Notes under the pieces: model-generated
The model's database searches: none
Told to the model about the DNA's origin: nothing
The model's input: only the letters and a program-made list of their open reading frames with translations
In this document: positions 1 through 9,612 of the stretch, piece after piece
Position numbering within the stretch: the stretch's first letter is position 1
Layout: every line of letters begins with the position of its first letter
Assembly (NCBI GenBank): GCA_046881895.1
Contig: JBKSMR010000012.1
Coordinates: 1 to 62,225 of the forward strand
From: Alphaproteobacteria bacterium
Lineage (GTDB): Bacteria; Pseudomonadota; Alphaproteobacteria; Rs-D84
DNA length: 62,225 bases
Direction: 5' to 3'
Made by a program: the position numbers and the translations under genes

Positions 1-15
1 GTTCGCTGGATTTAT

Positions 16-129
16 TCTGGTGATTATTGAGCGGGAGCCACCCTCTGTTCCATCCCGAACCAGACAGGGAAACCCCGTATCGCCGATGGTACTTTGGCTT
101 AAGCCACGGAAGAGTAGGTCGTCGCCAGA
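16..129 (+). rRNA. rrf: 5S ribosomal RNA
   Basis: Conserved 5S blocks are present (ccatcccgaac, gccgatggta, agagtaggtcgtcgccaga). The terminal helix is tctggtga/tcgccaga. Extended flanking complementarity ggatttattctgg (8-20) with ccagaataaatcc (125-137) looks like a precursor processing stem. Confidence 0.85.
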
Positions 130-162
130 ATAAATCCAGTTGTGATATAAAAACCATTTTTT

Positions 163-190
163 AAAACCGCCGACCCCCGGCGGTTTTTTT
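163..190 (+). terminator. Rho-independent terminator after 5S rRNA
   Basis: ccgccg-acccc-cggcgg hairpin followed by a T7 run. Confidence 0.8.
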
Positions 191-210
191 AATGAAAGGG
201 CAAAATTTAA

Positions 211-423
211 ATGAAAAAAATAGGTAAAAATTATACTAAAGACGCACTTGTTGAAAAATTGCGAAATCATACGTTTGATATAATTATTGTTTCAATGGCT
301 GCTTGTTTGTTTTGTTTAATGGCACATTATAAAAATACCCAAAAAGATATTTGTGAAACAAAAACAGAACAAATACAAAAAACTGCAAAAATTATAAAAT
401 CAAGTTCGCAGAAATCTAGATAA
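211..423 (+). CDS. hypothetical small single-pass membrane protein (70 aa)
   Basis: ORF with one hydrophobic segment (FDIIIVSMAACLFCLMA). First of three tightly packed ORFs. Confidence 0.4.
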   Translation: MKKIGKNYTKDALVEKLRNHTFDIIIVSMAACLFCLMAHYKNTQKDICETKTEQIQKTAKIIKSSSQKSR

Positions 424-433
424 GGAAATTAAA

Positions 434-718
434 ATGCCTAAATCCCGAAACAGAAAAATTAAAAAGAAAAATAAAACAAAAGTATATTCCAATATCAGGA
501 AATACAAGGAAATAGAAAAAGTGCCAGGTGAAGGCTGGGTAAATGCGTTAGTCTTTGCAATGATGTTGACGATGGCAACCGGATTGATGTATTCTGTAAA
601 AAACAAAAAAGACGCAGAAAAAGTAGTCCCTTTATCTGAAATAGAGGCTGCCAGACAAAAAGTACAAAACGCAAATACAGTGATTTTTATGGACACAGTT
701 CGTAAGCACACACGATAG
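434..718 (+). CDS. hypothetical small membrane protein (94 aa), very basic N-terminus
   Basis: SD-like aaggaaa lies upstream of the ATG. One hydrophobic segment (WVNALVFAMMLTMATGLMY). Confidence 0.45.
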   Translation: MPKSRNRKIKKKNKTKVYSNIRKYKEIEKVPGEGWVNALVFAMMLTMATGLMYSVKNKKDAEKVVPLSEIEAARQKVQNANTVIFMDTVRKHTR

Positions 719-732
719 TCAAAGGAATTATA

Positions 733-1260
733 ATGAGTAAAAAACGCACATTTCCAAACGACTGGTCAAAATTATTGGGTGGTATTGTTGCAAAAAATAT
801 TAAATATCTGAAAAGTAATTATAAAAAACACAATATAACAGTGCATAACAATTATATTCAAATAGATAATATAAAAATCCAACCTTGTACCAGACCAAAA
901 ATAGGTACGCCATATAAGACTGTTTATTCTGTGGAAGATATAGAAGTATACATAGATATAAACAACAGAGAAATACAGGCTGATAATCCGATGTATCTTG
1001 AACTGAGTAATTTATGTCAAGATATCAAGAGATATAGCCAATCGGCCGAAAAAAGATTAAGGGACTGGATAAAGAAAAATTATAAGTGGGTGTTTATTGT
1101 AGCCACAGGTGCAAAATTGGTCAGTGGTGCAGGGATGTACCTGTACGCCACTAATAAAAAGCAGCTAGATATAAAAACACAAACTGTTGCCCAAGAATAT
1201 AAATCGCAGAAAGTGAAAACAATAAATTTTACAGACAGTATAAGTCAAAATACAAAATAA
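733..1260 (+). CDS. hypothetical protein with C-terminal membrane anchor (175 aa)
   Basis: SD aaaggaa is upstream of the ATG. Hydrophobic segment WVFIVATGAKLVSGAGMYLYA. A terminator follows. Confidence 0.5.
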   Translation: MSKKRTFPNDWSKLLGGIVAKNIKYLKSNYKKHNITVHNNYIQIDNIKIQPCTRPKIGTPYKTVYSVEDIEVYIDINNREIQADNPMYLELSNLCQDIKRYSQSAEKRLRDWIKKNYKWVFIVATGAKLVSGAGMYLYATNKKQLDIKTQTVAQEYKSQKVKTINFTDSISQNTK

Positions 1261-1262
1261 AT

Positions 1263-1287
1263 CCCCCGCCATTTGGCGGGTTTTTTA
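1263..1287. terminator. bidirectional hairpin terminator
   Basis: cccgcc-attt-ggcggg followed by a T run, placed between convergent genes. Confidence 0.7.
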
Positions 1288-1764
1288 TATTCCCAAGAAT
1301 TGTTTTGCGGCTTCGCCGATAAGGAAAGCGATAATTGAAACACCAACGCATATGCACAGCATTTCAAAGAATCTGTGCCAGAAATTACGCGTGCCACCAC
1401 GTGCCATACATATGTTAAATAGGAATATTATGATAATCGCCACGGCAAAAGATGCGACCAACGCACGCGATGCATCGTCTGTGATAAAGAATGGTATCAT
1501 CAGCAGTGCGCTGGTTCCCAGATATGCGATTCCTGTATAGATACCTGCGATAAAAGCGGATTTAAATTGTGTGCGTTCGCGTTCTGCCAGATAATTTGAT
1601 GCCAGCATAGATAAACCATCAGCAACTGCGGAAATAATTCCTGTCATTATGATAAGTTTTGTATCAGCCAAGGCAAATGTCAGACCTGTGATAATTCCTG
1701 TCTGCGATACCAACGCGTCATGCATGCCCAACACAATTGCCGAAGATTTAGATTCATATGACAT
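1285..1764 (-). CDS. VIT1/CCC1-family membrane protein (putative iron/manganese transporter)
   Basis: Translation (LGMHDALVSQTGIITGL ... AVADGLSMLASNYLAERE ... multiple TM segments) resembles the VIT family. Start moved to the internal MSYESKS Met. Confidence 0.65.
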   Translation of the reverse strand: MSYESKSSAIVLGMHDALVSQTGIITGLTFALADTKLIIMTGIISAVADGLSMLASNYLAERERTQFKSAFIAGIYTGIAYLGTSALLMIPFFITDDASRALVASFAVAIIIIFLFNICMARGGTRNFWHRFFEMLCICVGVSIIAFLIGEAAKQFLGI

Positions 1765-1876
1765 ATTGGCAATATAACAATTCGTAATATAAAAACACAA
1801 CAGGAACAAAAGTGATGTAGTTTTTTCTTTTCTCTTTTATCGTATTTTTATTTGTGATATAATATTTAGCAAGGAA

Positions 1877-4039
1877 ATGAGAAAGTTTTTAACTTGTTTG
1901 TTCGCAATTTCAATGATTGCACCGTTTTCGTACAATGCGGACGGTGCTGTTTCGCGTGTTTTGCCGGGTGGAAATGATACGTCTGTTGATACGTCGCGTG
2001 CAACAATTTCACGTGTTGCGGTGCGTGATGCATCGCAAACAAAAAATACAAGTGATACAAATGTACGCAGTACTGTTTCGCGTGTTGTGGCCGGTACGCC
2101 TGCTGGGGAAACAAAATCTCAATCTCGCGGTGGTGTTATGTCGCGTGCTTTGACCCAGGCCGGCGACAGTGGTCGTGGCGGATTGAGCTCGGCGGTAAAT
2201 ACTGTTGGGCGTAATGAACGTGTATCATCAGCCAGTATAAATGCGAATCCATCTGTTCGTCGTGCAGGTTTGGTTCTGCGTCCAAGTACGGCAGAGGTTG
2301 GCGGTCGTGCAACAATTGGTGATACTGGCGTTCAAACAGGTTCAAATATTGATGAAGAATTACGTGGCGTAAAATCGCGTGCTGCATCAACAACTGTTCC
2401 AACAGCAGAAAGTATTGCCCAGGCCAAAGAGCGTTTAGAAAATACAGCATCATTGAACAAGTCTTGTCAAGAACAGTATAACGAATGCATGGATCAGTTC
2501 TGTGCAATTGTTGACCAGAATCAAAAGCGTTGTTCATGTTCTGCGAATATTTCCAACTATGCCAAGGTAGAAAGTGCGGTCAAAGATGCAAATGCCCAGT
2601 TGAACGAGGTTGCACAGCGTATCCGCTATGTTGGGTTATCTGCGGATGAAATTCGTGCCATTTTAACCGAGACAGAGGCTGAAATCGCACTGAACGGTAC
2701 AACTGATACATCAGAAACACGCAGCATGTTGGAAGATATCGAAGATTTAATTCGCAATCCGACATCCAACACATCTTATTCCAGTTCTACCGGCACTGAT
2801 TTTGGTTTAGATTTAGACTTGGATTTTTCATCAGAATCTGCGGATATGTTTAGTTTAGATTTCTTGAACACAGACAGTTCTTCCAGCGTATCAAATCTGC
2901 GTGGTGCGGAATTGTATAATGCTGCGAAAAAACGTTGTAATACGGTATTAAATCAGTGTAAACAGGCAGGTGGTACTGCAAATCAAATCACAGGTAATTA
3001 TGATTTGATGATTGACAAGGATTGTATCGCGTATGAACAAGGCTTGTCCAAGATGAACGATTCATTGTTGTCTAATGTACGCAGTGCGAATTTAATGTTG
3101 CAAAAGGCACGTTTGGCGGTATTGCAGAATAAAAATCAGTATGATGCCAAGGGCTGTGTTTCTGCATTGGAAACGTGTATGACAGACGATATGGTATGTG
3201 GTGAAAATTACTTTAAATGCGTTGACCCAACCAAGAAATATATTGATGAAAATGGCGAAGTTATCTTGGGTCAAGACATATCAAAAATCAAAGAATTTAT
3301 GTCTGGTTATGATAACAGCAACATAACTACAGAAAATTTAAGACAGGTATATGGTTCAACAATCGGTAATTGTACAGGAGACGGTGGCGACGGCAGCGAC
3401 GGTGGCGACGGCAGTTGTGTTGTAAAATATTTATTGAATAAAATCGGTACAAAATCCCGCGTCACAGACGAAGGTTTATGTCGTGCAGTTTTGGAAAAAT
3501 GTCAATATTACACATACGACAAGAACAATAATTACATGCCATACAATGACATTGTTGTAAATTATATTCAACGTGCGATGGTAAATATTCGTGCCGCACA
3601 GTATAATATTATTTCTGAATATGCATCTTCTTGTATGGTTGATGTTGCCAATTGTTATAACCAACAGGTGACCCAGGTAAATTCTTGGTCTTCGTCTGCA
3701 TCTATAAATTCTATTTATAACGTAATGCGTGGTGCGTGTCGTGATGTTGCATTGACCTGTGCATATGCTGTATTTAATGATGATGAAGATATAGGTTGTA
3801 AAGAAGAAAACACTGATAATTGTATCACCAGTATTTCAGAGATGTTCTTTAATTCCATGCTCTGTGGCGAAGGGGAACGTTATGACAAGACGGCAAAAAA
3901 ATGTTTTGCTGTGACCGCGTGTGAAAAATCAGGTGGAGCAGTGCAAAGTTGTGATGATGACGAGGAGTGCTTGTACGAGTGTGATTGCCCATATGGGACC
4001 CCGAACCCTGTAACGGGTGAGTGCGAAAGTAACAGCTAG
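1877..4039 (+). CDS. large secreted cysteine-rich protein of unknown function (720 aa)
   Basis: Signal peptide MRKFLTCLFAISMIAPFSYNADG. N-terminal low-complexity region with repeated xxSR[VA] motifs. About 30 Cys by my count. GDGGDGSDGGDGS tract. No family recognised. Confidence 0.7.
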   Translation: MRKFLTCLFAISMIAPFSYNADGAVSRVLPGGNDTSVDTSRATISRVAVRDASQTKNTSDTNVRSTVSRVVAGTPAGETKSQSRGGVMSRALTQAGDSGRGGLSSAVNTVGRNERVSSASINANPSVRRAGLVLRPSTAEVGGRATIGDTGVQTGSNIDEELRGVKSRAASTTVPTAESIAQAKERLENTASLNKSCQEQYNECMDQFCAIVDQNQKRCSCSANISNYAKVESAVKDANAQLNEVAQRIRYVGLSADEIRAILTETEAEIALNGTTDTSETRSMLEDIEDLIRNPTSNTSYSSSTGTDFGLDLDLDFSSESADMFSLDFLNTDSSSSVSNLRGAELYNAAKKRCNTVLNQCKQAGGTANQITGNYDLMIDKDCIAYEQGLSKMNDSLLSNVRSANLMLQKARLAVLQNKNQYDAKGCVSALETCMTDDMVCGENYFKCVDPTKKYIDENGEVILGQDISKIKEFMSGYDNSNITTENLRQVYGSTIGNCTGDGGDGSDGGDGSCVVKYLLNKIGTKSRVTDEGLCRAVLEKCQYYTYDKNNNYMPYNDIVVNYIQRAMVNIRAAQYNIISEYASSCMVDVANCYNQQVTQVNSWSSSASINSIYNVMRGACRDVALTCAYAVFNDDEDIGCKEENTDNCITSISEMFFNSMLCGEGERYDKTAKKCFAVTACEKSGGAVQSCDDDEECLYECDCPYGTPNPVTGECESNS

Positions 4040-4113
4040 TTGTATTTTGTAAATTATTTATTGCTGATATGCCCGCTTGCAAATTGTTTTTTTTATAGTA
4101 AAATTTATATATT

Positions 4114-6153
4114 ATGAAGTTCAAAAAAATTCTGCGGATTATTTTTAACTTTTTCTTTTGGGCGTTTGTTGCGTCTGTCGCAACATTGGCTGTGTTGATT
4201 TTAATCTATGGAAATGATTTGCCTGATTATAAAAAGTTGGCGACATACGCACCGCCTGTTGCAACACGTCTTTATGCCGCTGATGGGTCGTTGCTGATTG
4301 AATACGCAAATGAAAGACGTGTGTTTATTGACTATGATGATTTGCCACCACAACTGGTAAATGCATTTATTGCTGCCGAAGATCAAAATTTCTGGACGCA
4401 TCCTGGTATTGACGTCCAGGGTATAATTCGTGCTGTGGCAAATAATACAATGCGTATGTTTGGTACAAATGCAACATTGTCTGGTGCATCAACAATTACA
4501 CAACAGGTTGCAAAAAACTTTTTCCTGACTTCTGAACGCACGATTTCCAGAAAAATAAAAGAAGCAATTTTGGCATTGCGTTTGGAACGTGCTTTTTCCA
4601 AAGAACATATTTTAACCCTGTATTTAAATCAAATCTTTTTGGGTGCACGTGCGTATGGTGTTGGGTCAGCTGCATTGATGTATTTTAACAAGCCTGTATC
4701 AGAATTGTCATTGGCAGAATGTGCGTTCTTGGCATCCTTGCCCAAGGCACCAAACAATCGTGATCGTGCAATTGAACGCAGAAACTATGTATTGCGTCGC
4801 ATGGTGGACGAAGGGTTTATCACACAATCTGATGCAGATGCCGCCGCCGCCCAGGATTTAAATATCAACAGTGGCTTTACAGAACAGATGGCCGAAGAAT
4901 TACAATACTTTGCCGAAGATGTTCGTCGACAATTGCTGAATTCTTTGGGACGTGAAACATTATATAACGACGGGTTGTATATCAAAACAACTATTGTTCC
5001 AGAATTGCAATATGCGGCATCTGCGGCATTGAATAAAGAACTGGATAATTTCAATAACGGTCGGACTGATAAATTACAAGGTGCAATTATTGCAATGAAT
5101 CCACATACTGGACGCATTGTCGCAATGGCAGGTGGGCGTTCTTTCCGTGACAGTTCGTTTAATCGTGCAACCCAGGCGTATCGTCAGGTTGGTTCAACAA
5201 TTAAACCGTTTGTTTATTTGGCGGCACTGGAACGCGGTTATTCGCCACAGACAATGTTGCTGGACGCACCAATTGTTGGCTGGCGCGAAGATGATACATT
5301 GTGGAAACCTGAAAATTATGATAAAAAATTCTTGGGTGATGTGCCGTTGCGTTTGTCGTTGGAAACATCTCGAAATGTTACAACTGTACGTTTGGTTGAA
5401 CAAATAGGCACCCAAAACGCGATAGAGGCAGCACAGCGTTTCGGTGTATACCCACGTGATATGCAGAATATGAACTTGTCTATGGCGTTGGGGTCTGGGG
5501 AAACAACATTGGAAAAGTTGGTGTTGGGATATTCTGCATTTGTAAATGGCGGTCGCCCAATTCAGCCAAAGTTGGTAGACTATATCGAAGATAGATATGG
5601 TCGTGTCTTGGGTGGGGAAAAGACCGATATTATTGAATGGTCTGACGAATTGTTGCCACCGTCTGATACAGATGTTTCTGAAACATTGTCTGATCCACAA
5701 AGTTTATATCAAATGGTGTCTATCTTGCAGGGTGCGGTTGAACGCGGTACGGGCAAGCAGGCACGTGTTTCTGGACATACAATCGCAGGAAAAACAGGTA
5801 CAACAAACGATGTCAAAGATGTCTGGTTTATCGGTTTTTCCAAGAATTTAATCGCAGGTGTCTATCTGGGGTATGATACACCAAAACCGTTGGGACGTGG
5901 TGCAGGTTCACATATGGCGGCACGTGTTTTTGCAGACTTTATGCGTGTTGCGTTGCAAAATGAAAAAAATCAGCCGTTTTCTGTGCCAGATGGTATGACA
6001 TTTATGCGTGTAAATCGTCGCAGTGGTGCATCTGCCACAGCGGATCCAGACGGCACGATAATTCAAGAAGTCTTTAAACCGGGCCAAAAACCAAACCCTG
6101 TTAAAACTAAATCAGTTTCCAATTCTGATGCGGTTGTTGGTGGAATATTTTAA
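4114..6153 (+). CDS. mrcA: penicillin-binding protein 1A (bifunctional transglycosylase/transpeptidase)
   Basis: GT51 motifs (AAEDQNFWTHPGID, TITQQ), transpeptidase motifs STIKP and KTGTT, and an N-terminal TM anchor. Confidence 0.9.
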   Translation: MKFKKILRIIFNFFFWAFVASVATLAVLILIYGNDLPDYKKLATYAPPVATRLYAADGSLLIEYANERRVFIDYDDLPPQLVNAFIAAEDQNFWTHPGIDVQGIIRAVANNTMRMFGTNATLSGASTITQQVAKNFFLTSERTISRKIKEAILALRLERAFSKEHILTLYLNQIFLGARAYGVGSAALMYFNKPVSELSLAECAFLASLPKAPNNRDRAIERRNYVLRRMVDEGFITQSDADAAAAQDLNINSGFTEQMAEELQYFAEDVRRQLLNSLGRETLYNDGLYIKTTIVPELQYAASAALNKELDNFNNGRTDKLQGAIIAMNPHTGRIVAMAGGRSFRDSSFNRATQAYRQVGSTIKPFVYLAALERGYSPQTMLLDAPIVGWREDDTLWKPENYDKKFLGDVPLRLSLETSRNVTTVRLVEQIGTQNAIEAAQRFGVYPRDMQNMNLSMALGSGETTLEKLVLGYSAFVNGGRPIQPKLVDYIEDRYGRVLGGEKTDIIEWSDELLPPSDTDVSETLSDPQSLYQMVSILQGAVERGTGKQARVSGHTIAGKTGTTNDVKDVWFIGFSKNLIAGVYLGYDTPKPLGRGAGSHMAARVFADFMRVALQNEKNQPFSVPDGMTFMRVNRRSGASATADPDGTIIQEVFKPGQKPNPVKTKSVSNSDAVVGGIF

Positions 6154-6223
6154 TATATTACCATTTTGTTTATCTGATATTTTGTGATAGAATATTTGGC
6201 ATAAGAAACAAAAAGGATTTTGT

Positions 6224-7312
6224 ATGCTGACTGAATATTTTATGAATCACGGATTTTCTTTTTTTGCCAGTGGTTGGACACAATTCGCAGGTGGATTTTT
6301 TATCGCGTTTATGACGTTGTTGTTACTGGGCAAACCGTTTGTTGCTTGGATGCGTTCTGTTCAGAAAAAAGGTCAGCCAATCAGTGAAAATGTGCCAGAC
6401 GCACACCGCAAGAAAGCAGGGACACCAACAATGGGTGGTATCTTGATTGTGATTGCTATTTTGTTGGGCGGTTTGTTGTTTATGCCACTGTATAACCCAA
6501 CAGGCTGGATTGCGTTGGCTGCGTTGATTATGTTTGGCGTTTTGGGTTTTGTTGATGATTACAAGAAAGTTACATCACAGTCTAAAAAGGCATCAAATGG
6601 TTTGTCGCCAATGACACGTTTGGTTGCCGAAGGTGTGTTTGTTGTTATCTTGGCGTATTTAATAAACAAAACAATGCCGCCATATATTCCGGAATATTCG
6701 CTGTCGATTGGTGCAGGAATTATTTTGCCATTGGGATTTTGGTACTATGTGTTCGCGTACTTTGTAATTTGTGGCAGTGCAAATGCGACAAATATCACAG
6801 ACGGTTTGGATGGTATGTTATCTAAATTGTATCTGCCTGTATTGGTCGTATTAGTTGTTGCGTTGTATGGTGCAACCCGTATTGGATTTATGGATACTGT
6901 TATGTTCTTGCCAATGGCCAGTGGTCTGTATGCTGTTCTGGGTGCTGCATTTGGTGCGGTATTGGGATTCTTGTGGTATAATTCAAAGCCTGCATCGATA
7001 TTTATGGGGGATGTCGGTTCGTTGGCGTTGGGTGGATTTATGGGTACAGTTGCAATGCTGTTAAAGTCTGAAATTATTATGGGTATTGCAGCGGGTATGA
7101 TGGTACTGATATTGTTGTCGTCATTTATCCAGACAATGTACTTCAAGGTAACACGTAAAATCACAGGTGCAGGTCGTCGTGTATTCTTGCGTGCACCGTT
7201 GCATCATCATTTTGAAGAGTTAGGTTGGCCAGAAACAAAAATCGTTGAAAGATTCTTTGTATTGTCGATATTGTTTTCTGGATTGGCGTTGGTATTTTTG
7301 AAATTTGCATAA
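6224..7312 (+). CDS. mraY: phospho-N-acetylmuramoyl-pentapeptide transferase
   Basis: Polytopic membrane protein with MraY signatures (TPTMGG, NATNITDGLDG, MGDVGSLALGG, APLHHHFE). Confidence 0.95.
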   Translation: MLTEYFMNHGFSFFASGWTQFAGGFFIAFMTLLLLGKPFVAWMRSVQKKGQPISENVPDAHRKKAGTPTMGGILIVIAILLGGLLFMPLYNPTGWIALAALIMFGVLGFVDDYKKVTSQSKKASNGLSPMTRLVAEGVFVVILAYLINKTMPPYIPEYSLSIGAGIILPLGFWYYVFAYFVICGSANATNITDGLDGMLSKLYLPVLVVLVVALYGATRIGFMDTVMFLPMASGLYAVLGAAFGAVLGFLWYNSKPASIFMGDVGSLALGGFMGTVAMLLKSEIIMGIAAGMMVLILLSSFIQTMYFKVTRKITGAGRRVFLRAPLHHHFEELGWPETKIVERFFVLSILFSGLALVFLKFA

Positions 7313-7322
7313 AGTGTAAGAT

Positions 7323-8471
7323 ATGTTAGGAATAACACACAGTGAAGAAAGTGGTTTTACAGATTGGTACTTTAAAACAGACAGACGTTTGTTAGGTTGG
7401 GTCTTGCTGTTGATTTTTGTTGGGGTGCTGTGTGTTATCTCGGCCGGTTCTGTTCAGGCAATACGCAAGGGATGGGCATGGTATTATTTCTTGCAAAAAA
7501 TGTTGCCGTTTTATTTCTTGGGTGTTGGCACATTGCTTGTATCCAGTATGTTTAACAGAAAGTGGGTCTTGGGTGTGTCTGGTCTGAATGTTGCGGTGTG
7601 CTTTTTGCTGTTGCTGTGGACTGTAATTCACCCTGTTGCCAGTCATGGTTCGGAACGATGGGCAGACCTTGGTTTTATAAGTCTGATGCCGTCAGATATT
7701 ATGAAGCCAGGATTGGTTATAATAACAGCATGGTTTTTATCAAAAATGCAGGAATTGTATCCTGTAAATATGTTCTTAAACAAAAACGCATGGCGTCCGG
7801 GTAAGTTTAGTTGGCTGACATACTTTATCCCTTTTGCAATTGTGCTGTTGATTTTGTTTATGCAGCCTGACGTAGGGACGACGTTGTTGTTTGTTATTGT
7901 TGTGGGAACTATGTTATTTGTTGCAGGGTTGCCGACAAAAATTTGGGCACCTGCATTGGGTGGTTTTGCAGGTCTTGGGTTCTTGGCGTTTTTATTCCAT
8001 TCACATGTGCATAAACGTGTAATGACGTTTTTGTTTGAACCATTAGATCCACGCAGTCAAGTTGGCTTGTCGATTGCAACCGTTCGTCAGGGCGGTTTGT
8101 TCGGTATGCGTGACGAAGCATTTGCCAAAGAATATTTGCCAGACGCACATACAGACTTTATTTTTGCGACCTTGGTTGAAGACTGGGGTGCGATTGTTGC
8201 ATGTGGTTTGTTAGTATTAGTTTTCTTGATTGTTCGTCGTTTAATGCTGACCGCGACAACAACTCGTGATAAGTTTGTGTTTTATGCAATTTGTGGAACA
8301 ACAGCAATGTTTGCAACTCAGGTCTGTATAAACCTTGCGACAACTTTGGGGATGATGCCGCCCAAGGGTATGACGTTGCCATTTATTTCATCTGGTGGCA
8401 GTTCTTTCTTGGGGTACTGTTTGTTGTTTGGGATGGTATTGGCTCTTATACGTGAAGATAAATGGAAATAA
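7323..8471 (+). CDS. ftsW: SEDS-family peptidoglycan polymerase FtsW
   Basis: Polytopic protein with QPDVGT, HTDFIFA and LPFISSGGSS motifs. Sits in the mraY-murG context. Confidence 0.9.
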   Translation: MLGITHSEESGFTDWYFKTDRRLLGWVLLLIFVGVLCVISAGSVQAIRKGWAWYYFLQKMLPFYFLGVGTLLVSSMFNRKWVLGVSGLNVAVCFLLLLWTVIHPVASHGSERWADLGFISLMPSDIMKPGLVIITAWFLSKMQELYPVNMFLNKNAWRPGKFSWLTYFIPFAIVLLILFMQPDVGTTLLFVIVVGTMLFVAGLPTKIWAPALGGFAGLGFLAFLFHSHVHKRVMTFLFEPLDPRSQVGLSIATVRQGGLFGMRDEAFAKEYLPDAHTDFIFATLVEDWGAIVACGLLVLVFLIVRRLMLTATTTRDKFVFYAICGTTAMFATQVCINLATTLGMMPPKGMTLPFISSGGSSFLGYCLLFGMVLALIREDKWK

Positions 8472-8487
8472 TACAAAGGTGAATGAA

Positions 8488-9531
8488 ATGAAAATATGGA
8501 TTGCAACAGGTGGAACAGGTGGACATGTATTTCCTGCATTAAGTGTTGCATCAGAACTGGTAAAACGTGGTCATCGTGTAACTATTTCTTGTGATGGACG
8601 CGTGCGTAAAATGGTTTTGCGTGATAAACCAAGCGGTGCAGGCGTTGCACATATTTGGGCGTCTGGTGTTGGTGCAAAAAGCCGTATAAAGCAGATGTAT
8701 GCGTTATTTAAAATTGGTGTTTCAGCAGCTGCACTTGTTTTGCGTTTTATGGTGTTGCGTCCAGATAGAATTGTTGCATTCGGTGGTTATGCATCTGTGC
8801 CTGCAGTATTTGCAGCACATGTTTGGCATATTCCAACATTCTTGCATGAACAGAATGCTGCGATTGGACGTGCGAATAAGTTTGCGATGCGCTGGGTAAA
8901 AACGTTGATGACCAGTTTTCCAAATGTTTCTGGCATAACAAATTCTGCAACACGTGTCGTTTATACAGGTCTGCCAGTACGCAGTGATTTTATGGCGTGT
9001 GCAGGTACACCTTTTGCAGGAAAATCTAAGTTACTGGTTACGGGTGGTTCCTTGGGTGCACAGGTGTTAGATGATGTGGTGCCTGTTGCAATTGCTGCGA
9101 TGAAAAATAAAAAGATTTTTGTTACGCATCAAACACGACCAGAAAACGTTGTGAAATTACAAAAGTTTTATGCTGAAAATAAAATTCATGCAAATGTATT
9201 GTCTTTTATTCATGATATGTGCGGTGCAATTGCAGATGCAGATTTGGTAATTGGTCGCAGTGGTGCCAGTACAGTTGTAGAATTACAAACTGTTGGGCGT
9301 GGTGCGATATTGGTACCATTGGGTATAAATCCAGATCAGGCAGCCAATGCAGAAAGTTTTGCAAAGTCTGGTGCAGGTTTTGCAATTGAACAGTCAAAGT
9401 TTACGCCACGTTGGCTGACGGCGACTTTGACAGAATTGTTTGATAATCCATCACGCTTGTCCAAGATGGCACAAAAGGCGTTGATAAAAAATAATGCTGC
9501 TGATTTGATTGCAGACGAAGTCACAAAGTAA
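8488..9531 (+). CDS. murG: UDP-N-acetylglucosamine--lipid I transferase MurG
   Basis: MKIWIATGGTGGHVFPALS N-terminus. Start set at the internal ATG 8488; the longer track ORF overlaps the ftsW end. Confidence 0.9.
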   Translation: MKIWIATGGTGGHVFPALSVASELVKRGHRVTISCDGRVRKMVLRDKPSGAGVAHIWASGVGAKSRIKQMYALFKIGVSAAALVLRFMVLRPDRIVAFGGYASVPAVFAAHVWHIPTFLHEQNAAIGRANKFAMRWVKTLMTSFPNVSGITNSATRVVYTGLPVRSDFMACAGTPFAGKSKLLVTGGSLGAQVLDDVVPVAIAAMKNKKIFVTHQTRPENVVKLQKFYAENKIHANVLSFIHDMCGAIADADLVIGRSGASTVVELQTVGRGAILVPLGINPDQAANAESFAKSGAGFAIEQSKFTPRWLTATLTELFDNPSRLSKMAQKALIKNNAADLIADEVTK

Positions 9532-9612
9532 AAGTTTTTATCGTTTTGATGTATTTTGTTCTTGCGTGCGATTCGTCATTTGTTCTATGATGAAAACGGA
9601 AGGAAAGGAAAA

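Noticed and set aside
3376-3415. GDGGDGSDGGDGS-encoding tract as a separate tandem repeat or contingency locus
   Set aside because: It is a short in-frame low-complexity segment within the Cys-rich protein gene. It is neither a homopolymeric nor a perfect tandem nucleotide repeat, so phase variation is not supported.
8395-8487. N-terminal extensions of track ORFs: murG 8395, gyrA 12499, nrdR 18018, pyk 46661, yidC 53581, rmuC 40788, virB10 58636, virB8 60920, and 21407-22189, 29754, 31409 and others
   Set aside because: In each case an internal start matches the conserved protein N-terminus and/or has a proper SD. The extension overlaps an upstream gene, a repeat or a promoter.
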